64,000 bases of DNA, taken from Bacteroidales bacterium. GTDB taxonomy: Bacteria > Bacteroidota > Bacteroidia > Bacteroidales > UBA3663. This document shows positions 54,892 through 63,090 of the stretch, one piece after another. The position numbers and the translations under genes were made by a program. The notes under the pieces were generated by a model. That model saw only the letters and a list, made by a program, of their open reading frames with translations, had not been told where the DNA came from and did no database searches. The stretch is from contig JAFZBE010000067.1 in the NCBI GenBank assembly GCA_017561935.1, positions 2,752-66,751 of the forward strand, read 5' to 3'. Positions within the stretch are counted from its first letter, which is position 1, and each line of letters starts with the position of its first letter.

Positions 54892-55511
54892 TCAAGGATG
54901 AGTATGGCCTCGGGACCCATGTTGAATAGCAAATCTAAAATACTCACATCAGCCATAAACGTCTGACGTCCACCCACACAGGCAACCTGATAATATGGGG
55001 GCACTTGCATGTGACCGAAATGCAGCGAGGGGGCATCGCTTAGGAAGACACCGTTTGGCGCAACGCAATCGAGTGGTCCCATCCATTGTTCCGAATAGCG
55101 GACTTTCGGCGAAAAGCCTATTTCGTGGCAGATGTGCTGGCGCAACGCCTCATTCATTCCGAAGAGTGTACCATCATGACCGTGAAGAAATGTCTCGCGC
55201 AGATCGTCGATGTAGTATTCGTAGAAAGGCGAATTGCCATAGTACGTTGCCCATGAGTAGAGGTGTTGTCGCTGCCAGTCCCCGTGTTTGCTCAAACGCA
55301 CCTCACGGATAGGCATCTTCAGTTTGTTGCCTTTCTCGACGTTCACCGAGAGCGTCTGTGGACCCTGGTCGGTGGCTATCGTGCAGCGGGTACGGAGGGT
55401 CTGTTTCGTGTAGTGCTCGTTCGCCTCCAACACCACCTCGTCGGCCGCATAGAGTATGACGTAGTACGAGATGGGGGCCAGATAGGCAGTAGGTAGAACA
55501 ATCGGCGGCAT
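54840..55511 (-). CDS. WbqC-family protein with repeat-derived C-terminal tail
   Basis: Start set at ATG 55511 (MPPIVLPTAYLAPISYYVILYAADEVVLEANEHYTKQTLRTRCTIATDQGPQTLSVNVEKG), overlapping the lepB stop by 1 nt. The track's 352-aa ORF extends through lepB in another frame. The tail is MRGSKSSIGSKGSKG. Confidence 0.85.
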   Translation of the reverse strand: MPPIVLPTAYLAPISYYVILYAADEVVLEANEHYTKQTLRTRCTIATDQGPQTLSVNVEKGNKLKMPIREVRLSKHGDWQRQHLYSWATYYGNSPFYEYYIDDLRETFLHGHDGTLFGMNEALRQHICHEIGFSPKVRYSEQWMGPLDCVAPNGVFLSDAPSLHFGHMQVPPYYQVACVGGRQTFMADVSILDLLFNMGPEAILILERMRGSKSSIGSKGSKG

Positions 55512-56992
55512 CAGAGTCCCTTCACTTTCTTGAACCAGCGGTCCTTGCGCCATTCGCCCGTCTCCTGGTTGATCGAGAACCATACAAAGAGCGGAGTGCC
55601 CACGATATGGTCTTCGGGCACGAAGCCCCAGTAGCGCGAGTCGAGCGAGTTGTCGCGGTTGTCGCCCATCATCCAGTAGTAGTCGTAGCCAAAAGTGAAC
55701 TCCGAAGCCTCCTGTCCGTTGAGCTCGTACTTGTCCTTGCCGAGGCGTGTAAGCACGTTGCCCTGGCCGTCGCCTGTGGCCTGATTGGGCTCGTAGGCAG
55801 TGATGCAGCGACCATAGAGCTTCACGTTCTCGTCGGTGAGCTTGATGGTCTTGCCCTTCTGCGGAATCCAAAGCGGGCCAAAGTTCGAACCCGTCCAATC
55901 CGATAGTTCATCCTGCGGATACACCGAACCGGGAGTCTCCTGATATGGGCTGTCCTTGATCCACTCCACTTTGCCCGACTTCTCCAGTCGCTCCTTCGCC
56001 TCACTCGTCAGGTTAACAAAGTAGAGGGGAGCATAGCGTCCCGTGATGCTATCGGGACTGATCTCGTAATAATGATAGAACGAAACATCCTGAATCGGCT
56101 GTACATCAGGGCCTACCGAACCGTTGCTGCTGCCCTTGGTATAAATGCCCATCCGTTTCCACTCGCGTTCGGTAATGATGCCGCCCTTCGTCAACACCAC
56201 ATATCGATGCTGCAGGTACTGTGGATCCTTCAGCTCCTTGCCGTCGATCAGCACCTTGCGGTCGATGATCTGCAGCGTCTCGCCCGGCATTCCGATCAGA
56301 CGCTTCACATAGTTCTCGCGGCGATCGACAGGGCGGGTGACGATTTCTCCAAAGGTTTTTTTGTCGTTCCACACCTTGTCACGCCCGTACATGTTGCAGA
56401 GCGTGTAGTAATCAGGGTTCTCGCAATTCACACACACGGTGTCGCCATTCGGATAGTTGAACACCACGATGTCGTAGCGCTCCATCTTTGTCAGTCCTGG
56501 CATGCGCCTATAGTTCACCTGAGGATGGGTAATGTAGCTCTTGCCCAAACGTGTCGAGCCAATCGATACCGTATGCTGGAACAAGGGCAACGACAAGGGA
56601 GTCATCGGCACACGAGGTCCGTAGTGGTATTTCGAGACGAGCAGGTAATCGCCCGCCATCATTGTCTTCTCCAGCGAAGTGGTAGGAATCTGGAAGTTCT
56701 GGAAGAAGAAGTTCTGCAGCACCCACACAGCGGCTAGGGCGAAGACGATGGCATCGACCCATGACATCGTGCTGCGCAGGAATCCATTCTTAATGCTCTT
56801 GTACCAGTCCCATTTGATGAATCGAGTCCAATACACATCCACCACAAATGGGAGGACGAGGAAGGGCACGAACGAGTTCATCCACAGGGCAAAGAGCACA
56901 ATTGCAATAATGCCGACCACCAGCCACACCTTGTCGCTCCTGGTCATCTTGCGGCCGAAACCGCGTATTTCCTTTTCTGTATTTTCAGCCAT
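55511..56992 (-). CDS. lepB: Signal peptidase I (large Bacteroidota type)
   Basis: SLEKTMMAGDYLLVSKYHYG (Ser box), VKRLIGMPGE (Lys box) and GDNRDNSLDSRYWGFVPEDHIVG. Confidence 0.93.
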   Translation of the reverse strand: MAENTEKEIRGFGRKMTRSDKVWLVVGIIAIVLFALWMNSFVPFLVLPFVVDVYWTRFIKWDWYKSIKNGFLRSTMSWVDAIVFALAAVWVLQNFFFQNFQIPTTSLEKTMMAGDYLLVSKYHYGPRVPMTPLSLPLFQHTVSIGSTRLGKSYITHPQVNYRRMPGLTKMERYDIVVFNYPNGDTVCVNCENPDYYTLCNMYGRDKVWNDKKTFGEIVTRPVDRRENYVKRLIGMPGETLQIIDRKVLIDGKELKDPQYLQHRYVVLTKGGIITEREWKRMGIYTKGSSNGSVGPDVQPIQDVSFYHYYEISPDSITGRYAPLYFVNLTSEAKERLEKSGKVEWIKDSPYQETPGSVYPQDELSDWTGSNFGPLWIPQKGKTIKLTDENVKLYGRCITAYEPNQATGDGQGNVLTRLGKDKYELNGQEASEFTFGYDYYWMMGDNRDNSLDSRYWGFVPEDHIVGTPLFVWFSINQETGEWRKDRWFKKVKGL

Positions 56993-56995
56993 AAA

Positions 56996-57784
56996 TTAAA
57001 ATCTCATCAAATCGGTCATCGTGAACACACCCTTCTTGCCATCGCTCATCCATTCGGCGGCAACCACCGCACCGAGGGCGAAACCGCGACGTGACTTGGC
57101 CGAATGTGTCATCGTGATGGTATCCACGTCGCTGTCGTAGGTCACTGTATGGATGCCCGGCACTTCTCCGCGACGGAAGGCAATCACCTCCAGCTCGTCG
57201 TCGCGATGCGTCTTGAAGGTCGTGCCCACCTCGGCATTGCGGGCCACATCCACGCTCTGATCCTCATGCTGCCAGATGGCCGCCGTCTCTTTCCAAGTAC
57301 TCTTGCGATCGAGATTATCAGTGATGGCGTCGGCAATGGTGATGGCCGTGCCGCTTGGTGAATCGAGTTTATGGATATGGTGAGTCTCGCTCAGGGTGAC
57401 ATCATACTGGGGATAACTGTTCATGATGCGAGCCACAAACTTCTGCATGGCCACGAAGACATTCACACCAATCGAGAAATTCGAAGCCCAGAAGAGCGAA
57501 CCGTTCGCTTTCATAACCTCCTCCTTCACCTTTGGCAGTTCGTCATACCAACCCGTCGAGCCCACCACCACAGTGACACCCGCGTTGAGGCACTTGCGCA
57601 CGTTGGCAAGGCAGGTCTTCGGTGTAGTAAATTCAATAGCCACATCGGCCGAGCGGAAGGCTTCGCTTTCGAAGTCCTCCTGATTATTGATATCAATGGC
57701 ACAGACCACCTCGTGTCCACGTCCCTTCGCTATCTCTTCGATGATATGGCCCATCTTGCCATATCCTATCAATGCAATCTTCAT
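56996..57784 (-). CDS. dapB: 4-hydroxy-tetrahydrodipicolinate reductase
   Basis: MKIALIGYGKMGHIIEEIA; ...ETHHIHKLDSPSGTA... Confidence 0.92.
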   Translation of the reverse strand: MKIALIGYGKMGHIIEEIAKGRGHEVVCAIDINNQEDFESEAFRSADVAIEFTTPKTCLANVRKCLNAGVTVVVGSTGWYDELPKVKEEVMKANGSLFWASNFSIGVNVFVAMQKFVARIMNSYPQYDVTLSETHHIHKLDSPSGTAITIADAITDNLDRKSTWKETAAIWQHEDQSVDVARNAEVGTTFKTHRDDELEVIAFRRGEVPGIHTVTYDSDVDTITMTHSAKSRRGFALGAVVAAEWMSDGKKGVFTMTDLMRF

Positions 57785-57848
57785 ATTGTATCTTCCTACA
57801 CTAACAATTGTTTTAAATTAATTGTTAATTGACATCGTTATATCGGGG

Positions 57849-57856
57849 CAAATATA
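57849..57856 (-). promoter_or_regulatory. -7 promoter box TATATTTG for the dapB-lepB-wbqC run
   Basis: Plus-strand CAAATATA 65 nt upstream of ATG 57784. Confidence 0.5.
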
Positions 57857-57951
57857 CGCATTTTTTCTGACATTGAGCCTATAATTACCAAAAATTATTC
57901 TTATTTTGGTATTTTTTACCCATTTTGCTGTCCTATATCAGAGAAAATATT

Positions 57952-57959
57952 TATATTTG
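57952..57959 (+). promoter_or_regulatory. -7 promoter box TATATTTG for the DUF2851 gene
   Basis: About 104 nt upstream of ATG 58063. The predicted leader contains repeat locus E. Confidence 0.5.
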
Positions 57960-58020
57960 CACGCTATAATTGACATCTTTTTATCATATATAGTCCTAAG
58001 GTCTTGAGTTTTCTTACCCC

Positions 58021-58060
58021 CTCATAACCTCATAATCCAATAACCTCATAACCTCTTTCG
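58021..58060 (+). repeat. 8-bp-period mini-array, locus E (CTCATAAC type, about 5 units) in the DUF2851 leader
   Basis: Units: CTCATAAC CTCATAAT CCAATAAC CTCATAAC CTCTTTCG. The preceding edge TTTTCTTACCCCCTCATAACC matches the edge of locus D (TTTTCTTAACCCCTCTTAACC) at 19 of 21 positions. Confidence 0.75.
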
Positions 58061-58062
58061 TC

Positions 58063-59376
58063 ATGGAGGAACTCATGTATTTCGTTTGGCAGCAGCGTCT
58101 CTTCCTCACTATAGAGACGCCCGACCATCAGCCCCTCGACATTCTCCACCCCGGACTACGCAACTACGATGCCGGACCCGACTTTTTCAACGCAAAGGTC
58201 AAGGAGGATGGCATCGTGTGGGCTGGGAATGTGGAGATGCACGTCAAGGCATCCGACTGGTATCGCCATCATCATCAAGACGATCCCAACTACGATTCGG
58301 TGATACTGCACGTCGTCATGGACCCCGACACCGAAGTTAGGCTACGAAATGGCACATTGGTCAAGACCGTCGTGATGCATATTCCCGATGATCTGATGGA
58401 ACGCTACCGGCAGCTCTGCAGCTGTACGTCTGCCCCTCTCCTACCAGGTCAAGTCCCCAGCTATTCCTGCATCTCCTGCTCAAATCGGCTCGATCAGATA
58501 CCCTCTGTCGTACTTCACGATTGGATTACAGCTCTCTGCACCCAGCGGATGATCGAGAAACTGCAGCGTGTGCGTGACCTCGTTGAAGGACAACTCAAGG
58601 CATGGCCCGAAGCGTTCTATGTGGTGCTAACACGTAGCCTCGGCACGGGTGTCAACAGCGACCAGATGGAACGATTGGCTCGCAGTCTGCCCTACAGTTG
58701 TCTGTTGCATCATAAGGATAACTTTCTGCAGATTCAAGCCCTTCTGTTTGGACAGGCAGGCCTTCTGCAGATGCAGGATGCGGAATCAAAAGAAGCAAAA
58801 GACCAACAGGAATGGCGACTGATGCAACGCGAATACGCTTTTTTGAGGCAGAAATTCAGCCTTTCTCCCCTCAACGGAACTTATTGGAAGATGGGACGTG
58901 TGCGTCCTCCCGCACAGCCTGAAGCCCGTTTACGTGCCTTGGCCAAACTCATTTGGACACATCAGGACCTCTTCGATGAAGTTCTCGAAGCCAACAGCTT
59001 GGAGCAGATGGAAAAGATTTTCAGTGGAAAGGGTATCGGACGGCAAACGGTGCGCAGCCTCATTATCAATGCGGTTGTTCCCCTCCTACTCGCCTATGCC
59101 CAATGGCAAGGCGATGACGAGCGCTGCGAAAAGGCACTCAATCTGCTCGAAGAACTTCCTCCTGAAAGGAATCGATACATCAACCAATGGATTGAGGCAG
59201 GCATCACCGTGAAGTCCGCCATGGACACACAGGCTTTGCTCCATCTCTTCAAGAACTACTGCCAGCCCCACAAATGCTTGCGCTGCCGTATCGGTTGCTG
59301 GCTGCTAAAAAAGGCCGACATATCCCCTTCGAGCGGCGAAAACCCGCTTCAAGTCTCAGATGAGATTCCCTTTTGA
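58063..59376 (+). CDS. DUF2851 family protein
   Basis: MEELMYFVWQQRLFLTIETPDHQPLDILHPGLRNYDAGPDFFNAKVKEDGIVWAGNVEMHVKASDWYRHHH, as in the conserved DUF2851 N-terminus. A C-terminal CxxC (CLRCRIGC) is present. Confidence 0.85.
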   Translation: MEELMYFVWQQRLFLTIETPDHQPLDILHPGLRNYDAGPDFFNAKVKEDGIVWAGNVEMHVKASDWYRHHHQDDPNYDSVILHVVMDPDTEVRLRNGTLVKTVVMHIPDDLMERYRQLCSCTSAPLLPGQVPSYSCISCSNRLDQIPSVVLHDWITALCTQRMIEKLQRVRDLVEGQLKAWPEAFYVVLTRSLGTGVNSDQMERLARSLPYSCLLHHKDNFLQIQALLFGQAGLLQMQDAESKEAKDQQEWRLMQREYAFLRQKFSLSPLNGTYWKMGRVRPPAQPEARLRALAKLIWTHQDLFDEVLEANSLEQMEKIFSGKGIGRQTVRSLIINAVVPLLLAYAQWQGDDERCEKALNLLEELPPERNRYINQWIEAGITVKSAMDTQALLHLFKNYCQPHKCLRCRIGCWLLKKADISPSSGENPLQVSDEIPF

Positions 59377-59806
59377 GGGAAACGTCCAATTTACGATTGA
59401 GAATTGGACACACGCGATTGGAAACGTCCAATTTACGATTGAGAATTGGACACACACGATCGGAAACGTCCAATTTACGATTGAGAATTGGACACACACG
59501 ATCAGAAACGTCCAATTTACGATCGAGAATTGGACGCACGCGATCGGAAACGTCCAATTTACGATTGAGAATTGGACGCATGCGATCGGAAACGTCCAAT
59601 TTACGATTGGGAATTGGACACACGCGATTGGAAACGTCCAATTTACGATTGAGAATTGGACGCATGCGATTGGAAACGCCCAATTTACGATCAGGAATTG
59701 GACGCGCGCAATCGGAAACGTCCATTTTACGATTGAGAATTGGACGCATGCGATTTACGATAGAACATTCCCCTTTCTAAGTGAGCCCTTCGTCCTCGGA
59801 AATTGA
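59360..59806 (+). CDS. Candidate 148-aa protein made of nine 14-residue repeats (GNVQFTIENWTHAI); coding status uncertain
   Basis: ORF MRFPFE(GNVQFTIENWTHAI)x9...YDRTFPFLSEPFVLGN. In this frame, 4 of the 6 unit polymorphisms shared by two or more units are synonymous third-position changes. However, three frames are open across the array, and most variable sites are CpG-context transitions, which confounds the signal. Confidence 0.25.
   Translation: MRFPFEGNVQFTIENWTHAIGNVQFTIENWTHTIGNVQFTIENWTHTIRNVQFTIENWTHAIGNVQFTIENWTHAIGNVQFTIGNWTHAIGNVQFTIENWTHAIGNAQFTIRNWTRAIGNVHFTIENWTHAIYDRTFPFLSEPFVLGN
59379..59756 (+). repeat. Tandem array, 9 x 42 bp; each unit has a 9-bp inverted repeat and an alternating purine-pyrimidine tract
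   Basis: Unit: GAAACGTCCAATTTACGATTGAGAATTGGACRCRYGCGATYG. Unit starts are at 59379, 59421, 59463, 59505, 59547, 59589, 59631, 59673 and 59715. CGTCCAATT and AATTGGACG are reverse complements separated by 10 nt. There are no unique spacers. Confidence 0.95.
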
Positions 59807-59911
59807 TTATGAGTGAGAAAACTTCAGCTTTCTTGCCGATTTGACAGAAGTCGATCCAAAGCGGGCATCAGACTATTTAATGAACCTCTCGATTCGTAAA
59901 ACGTAATCATT

Positions 59912-60442
59912 ATGACCAAAAAAATTGTTTCTATTCAACTTGTCAGACTCTCTGAGGAGCGTACCGTTGCCTTCAAGGAGGAAATGCAAGAAGCTTTTCA
60001 ACATGGTTTCGAGGCATATAACAAAGAACCTGAAGAAACGAATCAGTGGCAAGTCCTGCCTGATGAGGATTTCTATCAGTCGTTGAATGCAGAAGGTGCC
60101 GAAGCCTACGAAGCCGTCAGCGAGGATGGCCAACGAGTAGGCGGTGCCATCATTACCACTAACGACAATATGGGTGAACTTGCATTCCTCTATGTGAAGG
60201 TGGGCGTTCAGAGCAAGGGTATTGGCCAGTCTATCTGGAGATCTATAGAAGCCATGCATCCAGAAATAGAGGTGTGGGAAACCTGCACTCCGTATTTCGA
60301 CCGTCGCAATATCCATTTCTACATCAACCGCTGCGGTTTCCATGCCGTTGAGTTCTTCAACGAGCATCACCCAGACCCCAATATGCCTGAGCAGTTCGAC
60401 CAGGAGGACGGACTATTTAAGTTTGAGAAAAGAATGAAATGA
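59912..60442 (+). CDS. GNAT-family N-acetyltransferase
   Basis: GGAIITTNDNMGELAFLYVKVGVQSKGIGQSIWRSIE (acetyl-CoA-binding Q/RxxGxG/A-type motif). 176 aa. Confidence 0.85.
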   Translation: MTKKIVSIQLVRLSEERTVAFKEEMQEAFQHGFEAYNKEPEETNQWQVLPDEDFYQSLNAEGAEAYEAVSEDGQRVGGAIITTNDNMGELAFLYVKVGVQSKGIGQSIWRSIEAMHPEIEVWETCTPYFDRRNIHFYINRCGFHAVEFFNEHHPDPNMPEQFDQEDGLFKFEKRMK

Positions 60443-60443
60443 T

Positions 60444-60998
60444 ATGGAAGAGCAAGAAGTAAAAGGCCGTAAGGTGGCCATAGATATTGTAAAGGCGAAT
60501 ATATTTGCCGTAGTAATTATGGTGGTGGCAGCCATCGTGTTCCTCGTGCCGTTCTTCTGGATTTGGGTTGGTAAGAAGCCAACAAGTGAACTCCTTGGTG
60601 GCTTCGGCGACTGGAGCATCACCTTTATCCTTGTCATTGTGGGTATCGTGGTTCATGAACTGATCCACGGCCTAACGTGGGCCTGCTATGCTAAGAGCGG
60701 TTGGAAAAGCATCAGCTTCGGCGTAATATGGAAACTGCTGACTCCCTACTGCCATTGTGACGAGCCGATGCACATCCCCGGCTACATGATGGGAGCCATG
60801 ATGCCTTGCATCATCTTGGGTGTCCTTCCTGCCATTGCAGCCCTCTTTATCGGCAGTCTGCCTATGCTGGCATGGGGAATTTTCTTTATAGCTGCAGCTG
60901 CTGGCGACATCTGGATGACTTGGCTTTTGACCAAGGAGAATCCCAAGAGCATGGTTCTCGACCATCCTTCGGAAGCAGGATTCTATATTATTGATTGA
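60444..60998 (+). CDS. DUF3267-like membrane protein with HExxH motif (putative zincin peptidase)
   Basis: TM helices flank VVHELIHGLTW. The start is 1 nt after the stop of the upstream GNAT gene. Confidence 0.7.
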   Translation: MEEQEVKGRKVAIDIVKANIFAVVIMVVAAIVFLVPFFWIWVGKKPTSELLGGFGDWSITFILVIVGIVVHELIHGLTWACYAKSGWKSISFGVIWKLLTPYCHCDEPMHIPGYMMGAMMPCIILGVLPAIAALFIGSLPMLAWGIFFIAAAAGDIWMTWLLTKENPKSMVLDHPSEAGFYIID

Positions 60999-61081
60999 AT
61001 GTTTAGATGCAATCGCTGATGGTTGCCCCATTGCTGAAATATCTGTCAAAGGAACTCTAAGTATGAACTTTAGAAACCGAA

Positions 61082-61900
61082 ATGATTATTCCCACTCATA
61101 GAATATCCGACCATGCAGAAGGCGGTATCGGCATCCGTCAGCTGTCACCAGATGTTGCGTTGTTTTTCGATGCGCAACTGCATCGTGATGATTATTTTGT
61201 GTTCTGCCTGCTCACTAAAGGCGAAGTGAGTATCAATGTGGACTTCAAGGAGCATACGCTGCTGGGAGGACATATCGGTTGTATGCTGCCAGGGCAGGTG
61301 CATCAGTATGCCAAAGTGCGCGAGCCGGAGGGCTGGATGATGTTTGTAGATGGCATTCATCTTGGCGAGGAGAACTTGCGGGTGATGCAGCGGTTTGCAC
61401 TTTTGCGCCATCCGCTGCCGATAGACGAACGCAGGACGGAGGAACTGAACCATCTATTCCCGATGTTGCAACAACGGCTGGATAGTCCGCAAGCCCGAGA
61501 CTTTACCCGTGCCATCATCGACATCTTTACCGAAGTGATGAGTCAGAACGACGATATCAACAACCTGAACCCGCGGCATCGTGAGGTGCTGTTGCGCTTT
61601 GCCGAACTGGTTGATAGTCACATCACCAGCCATCGCCAACCATCGTTCTATGCCGAGAAGCTGAACATCACCACGGGTTACCTAAACGAGATTCTTACCG
61701 CCACTATCGGCCACAGCACCAGCGAGTATATCCAGCAGGAGATAATACTTAGGATGAAGCGCGAACTGACATATTCCACGCAGAACATTCAGGAAATTTC
61801 CCTTCGTCTTGGTTTCGAAGACTACACCTATTTCTCACGTCTATTCTCTAAGGCAACAGGTGTTAGTCCGTCGTTGTTCAGAAGTAAATACCACGTTTAG
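61082..61900 (+). CDS. AraC-family transcriptional regulator
   Basis: Cupin-like N-terminal half. C-terminal HTH pair (...PSFYAEKLNITTGYLNEILTATIG... and ...ISLRLGFEDYTYFSRLFSKATGVSPSLFR). Confidence 0.88.
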   Translation: MIIPTHRISDHAEGGIGIRQLSPDVALFFDAQLHRDDYFVFCLLTKGEVSINVDFKEHTLLGGHIGCMLPGQVHQYAKVREPEGWMMFVDGIHLGEENLRVMQRFALLRHPLPIDERRTEELNHLFPMLQQRLDSPQARDFTRAIIDIFTEVMSQNDDINNLNPRHREVLLRFAELVDSHITSHRQPSFYAEKLNITTGYLNEILTATIGHSTSEYIQQEIILRMKRELTYSTQNIQEISLRLGFEDYTYFSRLFSKATGVSPSLFRSKYHV

Positions 61901-61948
61901 TCCATATCTTGCCATTGTCTGTTCATACGGAGTCTCAAAATTCCGTCG

Positions 61949-61956
61949 TACCTTTG
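61949..61956 (+). promoter_or_regulatory. -7 promoter box TACCTTTG for the ferredoxin-domain gene
   Basis: 27 nt upstream of ATG 61983. Confidence 0.5.
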
Positions 61957-61982
61957 CAGCGTGAAATCAAACGTATGAACAA

Positions 61983-62381
61983 ATGAAGACAAAGACAAAA
62001 GAAATGGCGGCTGCATTGGCTGCAACAATAGCAAGTGGATTCGTGCTGCACTTCCGTGGAGGCAACGGATTGACAGCATTACATCTTATCTCCATGGGAA
62101 CATTCACCGTGATGGCGACACTCCATGCCCTATCGCACAGCAGTAGTCGGCGCAAAAGGTTCGGACAGCCACAGGCGACCAAACATATACAGCTCGACCC
62201 GCGTAAATGCCATGCTTGCTGGAAATGCGTCGAGACTTGTCCCAAACAGGTGCTTGGAAAAATAGACCTGCCCTTCCACAAGCACACAAACATTGTCAAT
62301 CCCGATGCCTGCATAGGCTGCAAGAAGTGCGTCAAAGCATGTCAGCACGGAGCGATAACAGTGCTGTTAACAAATATCTGA
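61983..62381 (+). CDS. Membrane-anchored 2x[4Fe-4S] ferredoxin-domain protein
   Basis: Hydrophobic N-terminal segments, then CHACWKCVETCP and CIGCKKCVKACQ cluster motifs. Confidence 0.8.
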   Translation: MKTKTKEMAAALAATIASGFVLHFRGGNGLTALHLISMGTFTVMATLHALSHSSSRRKRFGQPQATKHIQLDPRKCHACWKCVETCPKQVLGKIDLPFHKHTNIVNPDACIGCKKCVKACQHGAITVLLTNI

Positions 62382-62407
62382 CATATTCAAAGTATGAATT
62401 GAGGATC

Positions 62408-62938
62408 CTATAAATCTTTTGGCCACCAGAACTGCTTCAGCTCAGCAGTAATCTCATCCCAATCCTCTAATGTAAAAGAGCCGTTGCCCATCATCATGAT
62501 GGTCATTTCAATATCGTCATATCGACGATAGACATGAGTATCACGGAAGCCGTTACGTAGATAGAACGCACGGCGGCGTAAACGCTGTTCTGGATTAGGG
62601 CATGGATTCTGTTCAGGCGATTCCATGTCAAGTACACAGCTTTGACCCTTGTATTTCTCTATCAGCTGAGTCAGAATCTTCTGTCCTAAGCCTTTGCCCC
62701 TTAACTCTTCCTTCACGGCAAAGTACCAGTACCAGTTAAACGATGGCCGAGGATATACGATGGTAAAGCCGATAAGGGCATCCCCATCATAGTATGCCGT
62801 GAAGTCAAGATGCATCTCCTCCACCAGTCGCATCAAGTCATCCCAGGGAATCTGTTCGTTCTCTGGGAATGCCGTCTGATAGAGTTGTCTCAGTTCCTCA
62901 TCACCGACACTTGCCGATGTAATCTTTGTCTCTTTCAT
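62408..62938 (-). CDS. GNAT-family N-acetyltransferase
   Basis: FAVKEELRGKGLGQKILTQLIEKY acetyl-CoA-binding motif. 176 aa. Confidence 0.85.
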   Translation of the reverse strand: MKETKITSASVGDEELRQLYQTAFPENEQIPWDDLMRLVEEMHLDFTAYYDGDALIGFTIVYPRPSFNWYWYFAVKEELRGKGLGQKILTQLIEKYKGQSCVLDMESPEQNPCPNPEQRLRRRAFYLRNGFRDTHVYRRYDDIEMTIMMMGNGSFTLEDWDEITAELKQFWWPKDL

Positions 62939-63028
62939 TCGTAAACCTCTTTGTTATTTCAGCAGATTATAAACATCGCCCGTTACTGCATCCATGAGTG
63001 TTAGGAGAATCGGATGTCTCACATGCAG

Positions 63029-63068
63029 GAAAAAATCCCCGCCATCGAATTAGAACGATAGCGGGGGA
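63029..63068 (-). terminator. Intrinsic terminator of ppdK
   Basis: On the minus strand, TCCCCCGCTATCG-ttctaatt-CGATGGCGGGGA is followed by TTTTTT. Confidence 0.85.
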
Positions 63069-63090
63069 TAATTATGAATTCACTAAGGAA

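Noticed and set aside
55512-55898. 129-codon upstream extension of the WbqC-like ORF
   Set aside because: It overlaps lepB in another frame and is Arg/Gly/Gln-rich. The conserved WbqC N-terminus (MPPIVLPTAYLAPISYY) begins at ATG 55511, which overlaps the lepB stop by 1 nt.
59379-59756. Possible CRISPR array (regular repeats with internal dyad symmetry)
   Set aside because: The whole 42-bp unit repeats with no unique spacer sequence between repeats. No cas genes or leader are present in the window. It is a tandem repeat, not a CRISPR.
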